Shown here one piece after another: positions 38,801-48,049 of a DNA stretch of 64,000 nucleotides. The translations under genes were made by a program, and so were the position numbers. The DNA comes from Raillietiella orientalis. Lineage: Eukaryota. The DNA lies in NCBI GenBank assembly GCA_036172245.1, contig JAYWIR010000055.1, positions 868,001-932,000 on the forward strand. The letters run 5' to 3'. Numbering within the stretch: position 1 is the first letter of the stretch; each line of letters starts with the position of its first letter. The notes under the pieces are model-generated. The model ran no database searches and had not been told where the DNA came from. It was given only the letters and a program-made list of their open reading frames with translations.

Positions 38801-41800
38801 ACCCGTTGGGGAAAGAACTGCTCAGAAGGGATCCTCCGCATGCAGCTAAAGGGACACCTTGATGATCTCTCTCTTGCCTGTGGAAACGACTTGTTCGTTT
38901 TCATCCTTCACCCTGGAGGCCAGGGTTTGCCATCCCCGAATGGGGCGAGTCTGGAATCTCTCCTCATTAGCAATGTATTCACCTTAACGGAATCCGCAAT
39001 TTCGCGACGCATTCCTCCATCTTCTCTGGAGATTCAGGGGTGGGAGCTGTGAGCCCTCCGCTCCGAAACGAAAGCGGCGGACTCGAATGGGAAAGAAAAA
39101 CCCGATGTCTTTCTTGCGAGCGAACTTTCACCGTGCCTCCCCCGTTGCTCGCGGAACTGAGGGGCGGCTGAATTGGGGACACTCCTTTTGTCTCCTTCTG
39201 ATTCGGGACCAGCTTCCAGTTCCGTAAACCACTGCAGAGGTGCCCGTGAAGGCTCCTGCTCCATCTTGAAACCGGAAGCGTCCCCCTGGAGAGGGGGGCC
39301 CGCTCTCCCTTGCACGACCGGAGGGGCAACTCCCCACTCCTTTATTCCTGGGAGGACCCGAAGGTCGACTCCCATTGTTCCGGCCTTCATCGGAGGCCTC
39401 CGGCTTAATCCACCGCCGGTGCCACGCCCGAATGATTAGCGCCAACTTGCAGGAGGAACTCGGAACCCAACGGTGCAGTGGCGTCAGTTTCTGCCGAGGT
39501 ATGCGAACCCGCGACGGATGGTGCCACGCGCGGAAGCCCTAACCACAAAGCCTCCGACGCGAGGTTTGCGAGCGTCTTTGCGGGAATCTCGCGCAAGAAG
39601 CCTCGGCAAGGAAATCCGAGAGTGACTGATGACTTTCATCGGGCTACCGACGTTTCACTTCGGGAGAGGCCAAGATGGGAAGAAAACGTCGACGTGTGGC
39701 AAAAAAAAAAAAAAGGACCCGTGCCTCTACCGCAACTGACACGGTCTGCGAGACGAAGTGCGTCATCCGTGCATCCCGCCTTCGGCAGGTGGGATGCACG
39801 GGATGAGAAGAGGAGGAGAGCCCTGGCGAAGCTTCGCACCGGAAGTCGTCGTCGGTGAAAGAGCACGCGAGGCGCGCGCCGCTGCCTGGAAAGGGGATAG
39901 TTTGATCCACCACACTCAGCAGCAAGAAGGCAGCGCCCCGGGGTTGGGATGCGAGCAGTGTGTAGAGCTCTCGATAGAGGGTTCGCTCTTTTCACGTCGA
40001 CCTCCCGTCCAGAACGTCCCTGCAAGAGTAAGCGTTCGTTTCGTCACCGAATTGACAACTCGCGAATTGCGTGTGTGGTCTTTCCGTCTGCTGCGCAGCA
40101 GCCTCCTTAAAGACACCTGAGCGACAATCTCCCTTCCGATCCGGGTTCTTCGAAAGTTGGCTGCCTTCGAGAAGAAGGCAGCCAACTTTCCGGAATCGCT
40201 CCCTCTTTCCTCGACTTCCCGCGCAAATCTCCTCCCTGCGTGCCACCTGACCTCTCCACCGGCCACCGTTCGTTAATGCACGCGCTCAAACGTGGACCCA
40301 GAACTGCGCATGTGCAGACGCCCGCTGGAGTGCGTCCGCGCGTTCAGCGCCGCTCGTGAGTTTCGAAAGCTCCAATCCACTGGATGGCCACCCTTGAGCT
40401 CGTGCTTCCTCTTCCGGGAGCTGTACTTTTGTGAGCAGGTCGGCCAGGTGGTCATTATCAGCATCCTCCAACTGTGAACGGACTTTGAGACTCTCCAGGG
40501 AGACAAGGAGGGACGAAATTGCCTGCCCCGCGTCAGGTGAGACCGCAGGTGCAGATGAAGATGCGGGCACGCGTCTCCGCCTGAGATGCCATCGCGGAAA
40601 CAGCGTTTGGAATGGGTAGGGGGGAGAGGGGAAGGGCGTCGGAGGGTCCCAATCGTCGTGAGGTCCATCTGCGATTGAGGAACGGACATGCGCCGGTATC
40701 GAAGGCGCAGCGTCGCTCCCGGAAGTTCTTTTGCTGGAGGCAAATGGCTCTCCGAGGAGCCTGTGGGAATCCATCGCGGACGGGACTCCTGTGAAACCCT
40801 CGAGTCGCCTTTCTCCAGATGCCGGCGCAACAGGCGAGAAAGGGCGAGTTGCCTGGAGACGGACGCGTCAAGGGTTCCCCTCCCTTTTCGGAAGTCGAAC
40901 TCTTTCCGTTTCTTTGCCGACACTCCAATCGCCCATCCGCGAGTCCATTCTTCCTGCAAATCCCCCCTTTGGTCTGGTCAGCCTTCGACACGGGCGGCCC
41001 GTTCGGCAGCCCCAAGGGCTGCTGAGCGAGAGCGAGGGCGGTCTCCGTGATTACCACGTCAACTGCTTGCCACCTGGCATGAGAGCTTCCTTGATTCAGC
41101 GGAGCCTCCCCGCATGAGCCGCCATTAGCATGGCATGAGCAGATCGAAATGGTGGGAGGAATCCTCCATCCCCGCGGTGCCGCAAGCGACTGTTTCCTCC
41201 CGGATCTCCAGCGGAAGGCCTCGAACCCACAGAGGACAGGAAAAGGAAGGCGACTCCTGAGCACCCGCAGGGTCGCTCCCAGAGCTATTTTCTTCCCCTC
41301 CACCACGACCTACGGATCGCAGCTGCCTGCGGGTCGGGTCGAGCTTTCCCGAGTCCGCCTGGCCAGCCGCGAGGAAACCTCGATTGCCGCCACACTCCTC
41401 TCCGGCGCCAAATCTCGAAAATTGGCGAAACTCTGAGCGTCGTTGCTGCGTCGCCGTGGTTTCAAGCGGTTCGCTCGGTTGCCTTCTGGATTTCCTCTCA
41501 CTCGGCCGGGAACGGGATAGATCGACCAGAGAAACGGGAAGGGAAAAAAAAATTTCCCGGTCTTTTGTTTGTGTTGTCTGTGAGCGCGCCCGGATTCCTT
41601 CCTCGTCCTCCCGGAGACTGATGAGGAAGTAATTCGCTCGTTTAATCAGCGGAGCAGCTCGAGGAGTTAATCTGATTACTGGAAGAGCAGTTTCTCGAGA
41701 AGAGGAGAGCTCTTCCAGAGATGTTCCTGCTCTGAGACGACGAGTTTATAGATGCTTCTAACTGGAAAAGACAGCAGCAGGCATCTTCGTTCGCACGCCA

Positions 41801-44800
41801 CATTCACATTCCTCTTTATTTTTCTCTCTTTCTTCCTCCTTTTCCCCTCCCTCTTTCTTCAGTGAAATCCAGGGAAGCACCCGCGAGTAAACAGCCCGCT
41901 AAAGATGAATGGTGCACCTCGGAACATTCATCAGTGCAGGGATGACTGAAGCCTCCAGAAGCGCACAATCGAGCAGGCGATCCTCGAGGCGCCCGCGTCG
42001 GGGACCGCGTGGTCACGGTCACCGCGCGTGGTACCACCATTGCGTCGCGGGTTCGAATGCTCGGAAGGAATCGACGCCGAGAAATGGGGGAGTGCGTCTC
42101 GAGTTCGAGTTTCTCCTGCGAGATGACGCTGGTTGGCCTGTGGACTTCGGGTGCGACGCCGGTAGCTGTTCAAACCGGATGTCCCCGATGAGTGGCCGAG
42201 ATTGGGAGTCGACCCTCCGGAGTCCTTCCAGGACTCAGGGAGCGAGAGTTCCCCTCCAGTTGTGCAAAGGGGCCGTCCCTCCACCCTCCAGGATGGGCCC
42301 TCCGCCTCATACCATGGAGCTGACGGAGTGATGACACCTTTCCAGAGTGCAAGAAGCGTGCCGCTCCCTTAGGGGAATGCCCGTCTCAGAAATTTTGGAA
42401 GCATCCCTTCGGAGTTCTCTTCAGAGGAGCACCAATAAGGAGCGGTTCCCTCGCGGGTTATTACCGAAGAAGAGAAAATGGAGTGATTTCCTCAGGGGGG
42501 GCCTGCGGAAAGAATAAAGGAGAGGAGATTCCCTTCGGGGTTCTCTCCCCAGGCGCGAGAGAAACGCACTTCCTTCTTCGGAGCTTTCCCTGGTTCATAG
42601 AGTGGTCTCCTCCCGGGGCTTCCCTATTCTGAAGAGTTGACTCGCACCCTCGGGTGGCATGGATGAGCGTTAAAGAGCTTCCTGGGCTGCCAGGCAAACT
42701 GTTCTTCAGTACTTGGCAAATCCCTCCCCTATCCTCCGAAAAAAAAAGGTGCGAACTTCCCCGGAGGCTCGATTTGGGAGCATTCAGGAGGAACTGGGAG
42801 CATCCCGGATGCGTTCGGAAGGCGCTGCGGCGGCCTGGAGAAGGAAAGCGCGGCCGGTCCACCGCCTAGGAAACCGTCTCCAAGGAAGGAGATCACTGTG
42901 AGAATCCCGCCAGCCGACTCTGTGTGGGGTCTGCATGCTCCGACCTTCTCCTGGAGGGAGCAGTTGGCAGCAAATGCATCAGGGAGCGAGCGAGGATGCA
43001 GCCTCAAGGGAGGTGAAACTCTCACGCGCGTTCACGAACCCGGTCTCACGTTGGGCTTTCCAGCTCCTCGAGATGAGTACGCATGGGAGATGGGAGAGAG
43101 AGGGGTTGCGTTTTTGTCGCCATTGCTCCTGGACCGATTTTTGAGAACCGATCTTGTCACGGCGAGAGCAGGATGCTGAATGCCTTGACGAGGGAGCCAG
43201 CATAGAAAACCCCTGCCAGCTAAGAGAGACGCCTGCGGTCCAGACCACGAAGAAGGTGTGTGCAGACACGTGAATGGGCGTTGAGGCGCACTGGTGCACT
43301 GCTCCGGGTCCTGGGAGAGCTATTGCTGCTCATGCACCACGAGTTGAGCCTTTCGTTGCCGTGTGACGGCAGCCTCCGTCCAGCCGCAAAATCCGTTATT
43401 CCAGTTCCTGTGGAAGGTTCCTCCTAGTCTTTACCGCCCACATTCCTTCAGCTTCCACACGCACATCCGCAGTCCAATGGTGTAGAAATGATGAAAAATA
43501 ATCTGCAACCGTGATTTGTTTTTGTTTTTTTCTTTCCACGTACCTTTCCGTTGTCATTGTTACGGAATTTGCGAGGATGTGGTCGGAATCTCTCGATGAT
43601 TTCGTGTAGATGGCGACAGCGGCTGCATGCGTGCATGGCACCGGCAGTTCAGCACGAAAGCGCCGTTGGGTCGTGCTCCTCACGTGGTCGTGCAAGATCT
43701 GCTTGTCAGCAGGGTGTTGGCAGCGCAGGGTGTCTTCAAGCGGGACCGCCGCGTCTTCTTCTCCATCTCGAGTGGAGGCAGCATCCTTGGGAGGAGGGCA
43801 AGCCGAGGCGGCAGGTCACCTCGCGGCGGCAGGTCACCTCGCGCGCTCGGGTCGGAAGCAGCGCCACTGCCAGTCCAGTCGAACGATCCCTCCTCTGTTG
43901 CAGGTGACCTGGCTGAGGAAGAACGATTTCCAAGTCATCGGTTCCGAGGAGGATGTGTACACGAACGACAGGAGATTCGTGATCCGGCACACCAATGGAT
44001 CAGACGAATGGACCCTGCAGATCAAGCAAGTGCAGAAGAATGATTCCGGAATGTATGAATGTCAGGTGACCTTTCTGAACTGAAAACGAGCGCGCCAGAT
44101 TTGAAGATGCTCTTCCCTTTTGCAGGTGCCAATCAAGGGAGGGATTCTGGCTTCACAAGTCCGATTGGAAGTGGTCATGCCCCAGGCAATAATCATGGGT
44201 CATTCCAAGGAATATTATGTCGATCGCGGAAGCACAGTCACCCTCATCTGCGTCATAAACAAGGTGAAGGAGTAGGCGGGTTTTTCTTGGGAGGAAGGGG
44301 GGCGAACGCCTGGATGGCTCGGGTTCGTTTCGACAGCAGCCATTAACGAAAACGCACGCGCATCCGCTGCAGATGACTGAGTCAAAGAACCCTCATTAAA
44401 GTCATCTGAAAAATGCGCGCTTCCGCAAACGACACTGATTTGAAAAAACGACAAAAAGGCAAAAAAGAAAAAAGGAAAAGAGTAGGAGGAAAGCGGATAT
44501 TTCACAGAAGGTTCGTACGCACTTCCTGAGGGAGAACGCATGGCGCGGGCACGATCGATCAGTCAGGGATCCCTTGCGCCATTCGGGGGAGATGTGGAAG
44601 CCCCGCTAAGGGTCTAGACGACAGCCTCCTCAGTTGCGAGTGCATTCGCGGATTATCTTCCTGCCAGGGAGCACTTGGCTCCTCAGCGTGTTCACCACGG
44701 AGACGGGACGGAAAATTCAGTTCCGTTTCATTGAGAAACGTCGCCGAGAAAGATGCATTTCTCCCGCCTTGCCGGTTATGGACCTTCCTGTCGATTCGCA

Positions 44801-46761
44801 GCGCAATCAGAAGATCTATTCCTGCTAATGGGTCCTTCCCATCGAGGCTGGATCCCATGCTCGACCTCCAGGCTGAGCAGGGGAGAGGCGATGCTTTTTC
44901 GAATGACGCGAAAACGGTGACATTCTGGTAGCATCTGGGGAAACTCGCTGCCATCCAGGTTCCCTGCGTCAGCCACTTTGGCCACTGCTCCCCTTTAACC
45001 GTACTGAATTCGGTGGGCTCGGCCATCCTGGTTTCCTGTCGCTTGTTCTTCCAGAGACGGCTGTTATCGTCCTGGGTCACTCACGCTCCTTCGTCGCATT
45101 TTGGCCCCATCTCCTGTGCTTTCCAGCTGTCTCAAAGATGCAATCCCGCGCGTGTGCGTTTCTCTCCAGGCTTTGGATGAAACAGGTTCCCCGGCTGATC
45201 TCTTGGGTTCACGAGAAGTGGCGTGTTTACTTCGGCAGCAGAAGGGGTCAAACCAAGCCACACATGATGGGCACGGGAATTTGTTGCTGCTATCACATGA
45301 AAAGGGTGGAGTGATGGGCCACCATCTCTTGCATAACCTAACGTGGAGAGTGCGACGAAAGCCTGCATCCTGTGTGCATCAAGTCATCAGTGACCAAGCG
45401 GAAGCGCTCGTATGACCCTTGAATCATCGCAATCTGTGATTATACCGTAGAAGAAGAAGCCCACGTGTTTTCACGCCTTCAATCTCAGGGATACTGCCGG
45501 ATCTTGGACCAACGAAGAACTTGATGAACCGAGGCGAACAAGCGAGATGACCGGTTCCTGTGCTGCAGCACCGCACGCTCACCTTCAATCCGTTTCCCTG
45601 GCCCGCACCGCTGATTCACACGACGCCAAGCGTCCTGCGAAGGAGGTTGCTCCGAGCATGATGGAAAGAGGGCGGTTCAGGTCGAGATCGCAGTGTCGTG
45701 GCAAGCTGGTCTGTTGGCTGCTGCTAAAGCGGATCGTTATCGGGAGAAAGAAAGAGTCGTGCGAGCATCGCAGATCTCATCTCTGCTGAGGACTGCGGCT
45801 CGCGAGCGAGTTCCCCCCGATGGACTGGGGGGCGTGTGCATCAAGAGAATTCACCTCCACCCCCAACCCCCTCCAAAAAAAAAAAAACCGGAAAGCGATT
45901 TGATTGGCGCTTCTCATTCTCTGGGACTCTGTGGCCTGCTGCTGCTGCGCCGCTTCCGCGACGGTGTCGCGATGTGCCGACAATCCCAGGATCCGGGCCG
46001 AAGATGAAAGCAAACGGAGGCGAGCAGAAAGGGGAAAGAATTCAAAAAAAAAAAAAAAAAGACATGCCGGATGCACGGCTCTTTCGATCCCAAAGGCGAC
46101 TTCGTCGGCCCCGTCCGGTCTTGAAAGGACGGAATTCAAGGATTCGAACCTCTGCGGGTGGGAGATCGCCATTGCATTGCTGGTCGATCGCTGTTTTCGG
46201 TCACATAACCAACGTACGAGAAGAGTTTGCCTGCGGGTGAATCTTCTACCGTGTCGCTGATTGGCCGCGCGAACTCTGCCGTCGGTCGCCATTCTCAATC
46301 GTAGTCTTTGCTGCTTTCCAGACGACTGACGTCGTGCCCTTCGTGTATTGGTACCAGAACAGCACGCTCATGAATTTCTACGAGTTCAAAAACATAAAAA
46401 TCATCAGCGATTCCAGCTCCAAGCTGCAATCCCGCCTGATAATCAAGGACATCAGCTCCAAGGATTCCGGAAACTACACTTGCAGTGCCCCCAACATCCA
46501 GTCGGATCACATAATGATCTTCGTCTCTGACGGTAACCGACCAATTTTTTTTCTTGCCAAGCTCTTCTTCAGATAGCGAGGACTCGCTCGCAGTTGCGAC
46601 CTCCCAGCACTCTGACCTCCCCACTCCCCTCTTCCGCTCTTTCAGGAGACAAGACCGCGGCAGTGCAACGCAGGAAGTCGTCCTCTTCCACCCTCCGCAG
46701 CTTCTCGTGGCAGCACTGCCTCCTCATCGGGGTGCACCTCGTCGCTTCCGCCTGCACGTAG
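20756..46761 (+). CDS. dpr: Dpr-family two-Ig-domain cell-surface recognition protein, spliced model join(20756-20840,26514-26692,43904-44065,44126-44263,46322-46532,46646-46761), 891 nt, 296 aa
   Basis: All five introns are GT-AG with matching phases (1,0,0,0,1). The joined protein reads: signal peptide MGLDVTRKEAANVTHFTVVLLISCRMISGLAVAA; Ig1 ...VQVGGTAFLGCRVRNVRRPM/VTWLRKNDFQVIGSEEDVYTNDRRF...WTLQIKQVQKNDSGMYECQ; Ig2 ...YVDRGSTVTLICVINK/TTDVVPFVYWYQN...SRLIIKDISSKDSGNYTCSAP; C-terminal GDKTAAVQR plus a hydrophobic tail. This motif order is typical of Dpr proteins. The specific paralog cannot be assigned by eye. Confidence 0.88.
21400..23050 (-). mobile_element. decayed pogo/Tigger-like DDE transposase fossil in the dpr intron after coding exon 1
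   Basis: Ordered fragments: KKKEALRGFDS (N-terminal HTH), KCDYPRRVDVQCF (CENP-B HTH), SLDESSIAF (first Asp), ILFEWV...KRQMIFV, LLVDPGSVKR (QPxDQGxIK), EEGWKN...SKCFG (AWxxV...NCF). Confidence 0.5.
23225..23890 (+). mobile_element. SINE family 1, copy G (in the dpr intron after coding exon 1)
   Basis: B-box GGTTCGAGCCC at 23265-23275, then gaggaagggtcgacacgccgagaaa, and a 3' segment gagcttcgtgaccccttaccccctaagggggcgagc matching copy C. Confidence 0.7.
26514..26692 (+). CDS. dpr-like coding exon 2 (linker plus first half of Ig1, including the first Cys)
   Basis: Acceptor ctgaactccgtag at 26513; an in-phase alternative AG lies at 26525, and an in-frame TGA at 26492 limits the exon. Encodes EPDASPQKVQVGGTAFLGCRVRNVRRPM. 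Donor ATG|GTAAGC, phase 0. Confidence 0.85.
30300..31425 (+). mobile_element. decayed RTE-clade LINE, RT to 3' end
   Basis: Fragments MEKCKLNLK (LExxGLxI), HRVAGW (HRIxxGW), FLYGS (LLYGxE) and a terminal RADWKRRQRAAAADP (DRxxWRxxxxxADP), in the expected order. Confidence 0.5.
31520..32150 (-). mobile_element. decayed CR1/L2-like LINE 3' end
   Basis: Minus-strand RTRLGPRVALASS (VRPxLEYAS) followed by GRH...IRVDF...RWNN (RGH...RxxFF...WNxLP). Confidence 0.35.
32835..33440 (-). mobile_element. SINE family 1, copy D (3'-truncated, in the 17-kb intron)
   Basis: Colinear with copies A and B (gtgaatcc, cccgaagggaac, tcgacccttcccc); head ...ccgcgacgtttggtgccacgcgcg matches copies E and I. Confidence 0.7.
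34900..35800 (+). mobile_element. decayed LINE RT/thumb fossil (RTE/BovB-like)
   Basis: RSVYLYGC (SVLLYGC), EWED (WxD) and RIVRMVREK (GHVxRM), in order on the plus strand. Confidence 0.4.
39230..39535 (-). mobile_element. SINE family 1, copy I (5' half, more diverged)
   Basis: Head gcgaacccgcgacggatggtgccacgcgcg and gaggggcaac...aggtcgactccc match copies A, D and E. Confidence 0.55.
40280..40620 (-). mobile_element. possible hAT (Buster/Charlie-like) transposase fossil
   Basis: FPRWHLRRRRV (VRWLSRGxV) followed by HLADLLTKV...AQG (YLxDIxxxLNxLNxxLQG). Weak, by-eye match only. Confidence 0.25.
41668..41678. promoter_or_regulatory. P3-type palindromic paired-class homeodomain site TAATCTGATTA
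   Basis: Exact match to TAATYNRATTA, with extra TAAT cores near 41630 and 41643, inside the dpr intron. Function is inferred only. Confidence 0.4.
42000..42747 (+). mobile_element. SINE family 1, copy E
   Basis: B-box GGTTCGAATGC at 42050-42060, full body, A9 tail at 42739-42747. Confidence 0.75.
43807..43842 (+). repeat. perfect 18-bp tandem duplication (ggcggcaggtcacctcgc x2)
   Basis: Directly visible, about 60 bp upstream of the exon 3 acceptor. Confidence 0.95.
43904..44065 (+). CDS. dpr-like coding exon 3 (second half of Ig1)
   Basis: Acceptor cctctgttgcag; 54 codons VTWLRKNDFQVIGSEEDVYTNDRRF...DSGMYECQ containing the Ig Trp and the DxGxYxC motif; donor CAG|GTGACC. Confidence 0.95.
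44126..44263 (+). CDS. dpr-like coding exon 4 (Ig1 G strand plus start of Ig2); absent from the ORF track
   Basis: Follows a 60-bp intron ending tcttcccttttgcag; 46 codons VPIKGGILASQVRLEVVMPQAIIMGHSKEYYVDRGSTVTLICVINK; donor AAG|GTGAAG. Confidence 0.93.
46322..46532 (+). CDS. dpr-like coding exon 5 (second half of Ig2)
   Basis: Acceptor ctttgctgctttccag; encodes TTDVVPFVYWYQNSTLMNF...SRLIIKDISSKDSGNYTCSAPNIQSDHIMIFVSD; donor G|GTAACC, phase 1. Confidence 0.93.
46646..46761 (+). CDS. dpr-like terminal coding exon (putative GPI-anchor signal)
   Basis: Acceptor cttccgctctttcag; phase 1 gives G-DKTAAVQRRKSSSSTLRSFSWQHCLLIGVHLVASACT-TAG, i.e. a Ser cluster, a spacer and a hydrophobic C-terminus with no cytoplasmic tail. 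Confidence 0.85.
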
Positions 46762-47315
46762 AAGCGTGCCGTTCGACCTCTGCGAACCAGCGATGCCATT
46801 CCTACGTTTCCGTGGAGCTACCACCACCTCCCTCTCACCATTCCAAAAGAAACAGACTTGAACATTCCCACGGTTGCGGACCAGGGTCGTGGCGGAAATA
46901 AAGAGTCTCACGAAACGCCACGTTCCGCTGGGAGCTGTTCGCCTGCAGTCCGGTGGACGAGCTCGCTTCCTTCCACGAGGAACCCGACCTCTGCAGCACC
47001 GTACCTTCGAGTCTCCTTCGCCGGTCCCAGCGCGCAAGGCTGGAAATTCCCGCTTCCTTACAGTGTGCCCCTCCTGTTTTACGTGAGGGGAAATCCTAGG
47101 CAGGCACACTCTGTGTAAGCAACGCCGCACCTCGTTGTTGATTTTGTGTTGAAGCCCGCCCTCGACCACATCGAAACGTCGGGCCCACTTTGGGAAACAA
47201 AACAAAGAACACGTTGCCTGTTTTTCCAAAAAGTCCAGGCCGTGCACTCGCGGGAAACGGGAAACACTTCCAGACGCTTTCTGTAAATTTTCGGTGATTC
47301 GTGTAAAAGGAAAAC

Positions 47316-47321
47316 AATAAA
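47316..47321 (+). promoter_or_regulatory. candidate polyadenylation signal of the dpr-like gene (alternative AATAAA at 46897-46902)
   Basis: AATAAA about 555 nt after the stop codon, preceded by two TGTA elements. Confidence 0.45.
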
Positions 47322-47369
47322 ATCATCACCAGTCAAGAGCAAGTGAGGGCGTTCGTTCCGTCCACTTTC

Positions 47370-47980
47370 AACGTGGTGGCTGGACCCGCTATGGTGGTAC
47401 CAAGTCTGGTGACGGGTTGCAGCAACGGCCCTCTGCCCAATCATGCCAGATCCGATGGCTTAGCAGGCCCTTTCTTGTGGAGGAGGCCACGTCACCCTCT
47501 GGCCTGGTACAGACGGGCTTGTTGGGACCTGAAGAATGACCGTGGGGCCAGGAGAGGAGGGTTCTCTGTCTCAGACGCGGTGCGAGGGTCTCGCTGAAGG
47601 TGTGACCACGTTGCATCTTCTGCATCTACACTTCATTTGTGCCACTTTGATCCTGCGCTTACCCATCATGACCCGTTTTACTTCCCGTACTTGAAGGAGA
47701 ACCACTGCAGGTCTGATGATGTAGGCGCACCCTGCGACGCCACAGGTTATTTGGAGTACCAGTGGAAACAGTAGGATGACCACACGAACCTGCGGGTCCC
47801 AGTCCACGCTTCCCACTCTTCCATCTGTATTGCATCGTGTATTCCGCATTCGAGGCGGTAGCCTTGTCGTGAGTTGGGCGAGCGGAAGGCAAGCTTCGCC
47901 AGACAGAAGGTGACCTTCAGTGCAGACAAGGAGTTCCCTGCCCATCCCTAAGGGCATTGGACATACCAAGCCATTCAAGG
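47370..47980 (-). mobile_element. decayed RTE-clade LINE 3' part, antisense and just downstream of the dpr-like gene
   Basis: YIIRPAVV...RRIKVAQMKCRCRRCNVVT (IRPAxLYG...VAEMRMLRWxCGVT), RLRQRTLLSWPHGH (RExRLxWxGH), RIWHD (RWxD). Confidence 0.62.
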
Positions 47981-48049
47981 TTCCTCAGAAATTCCTTTTT
48001 TAGAAGTGTCATATGAGGACCACCTTGAAGGACCAACAACATGCACTCA

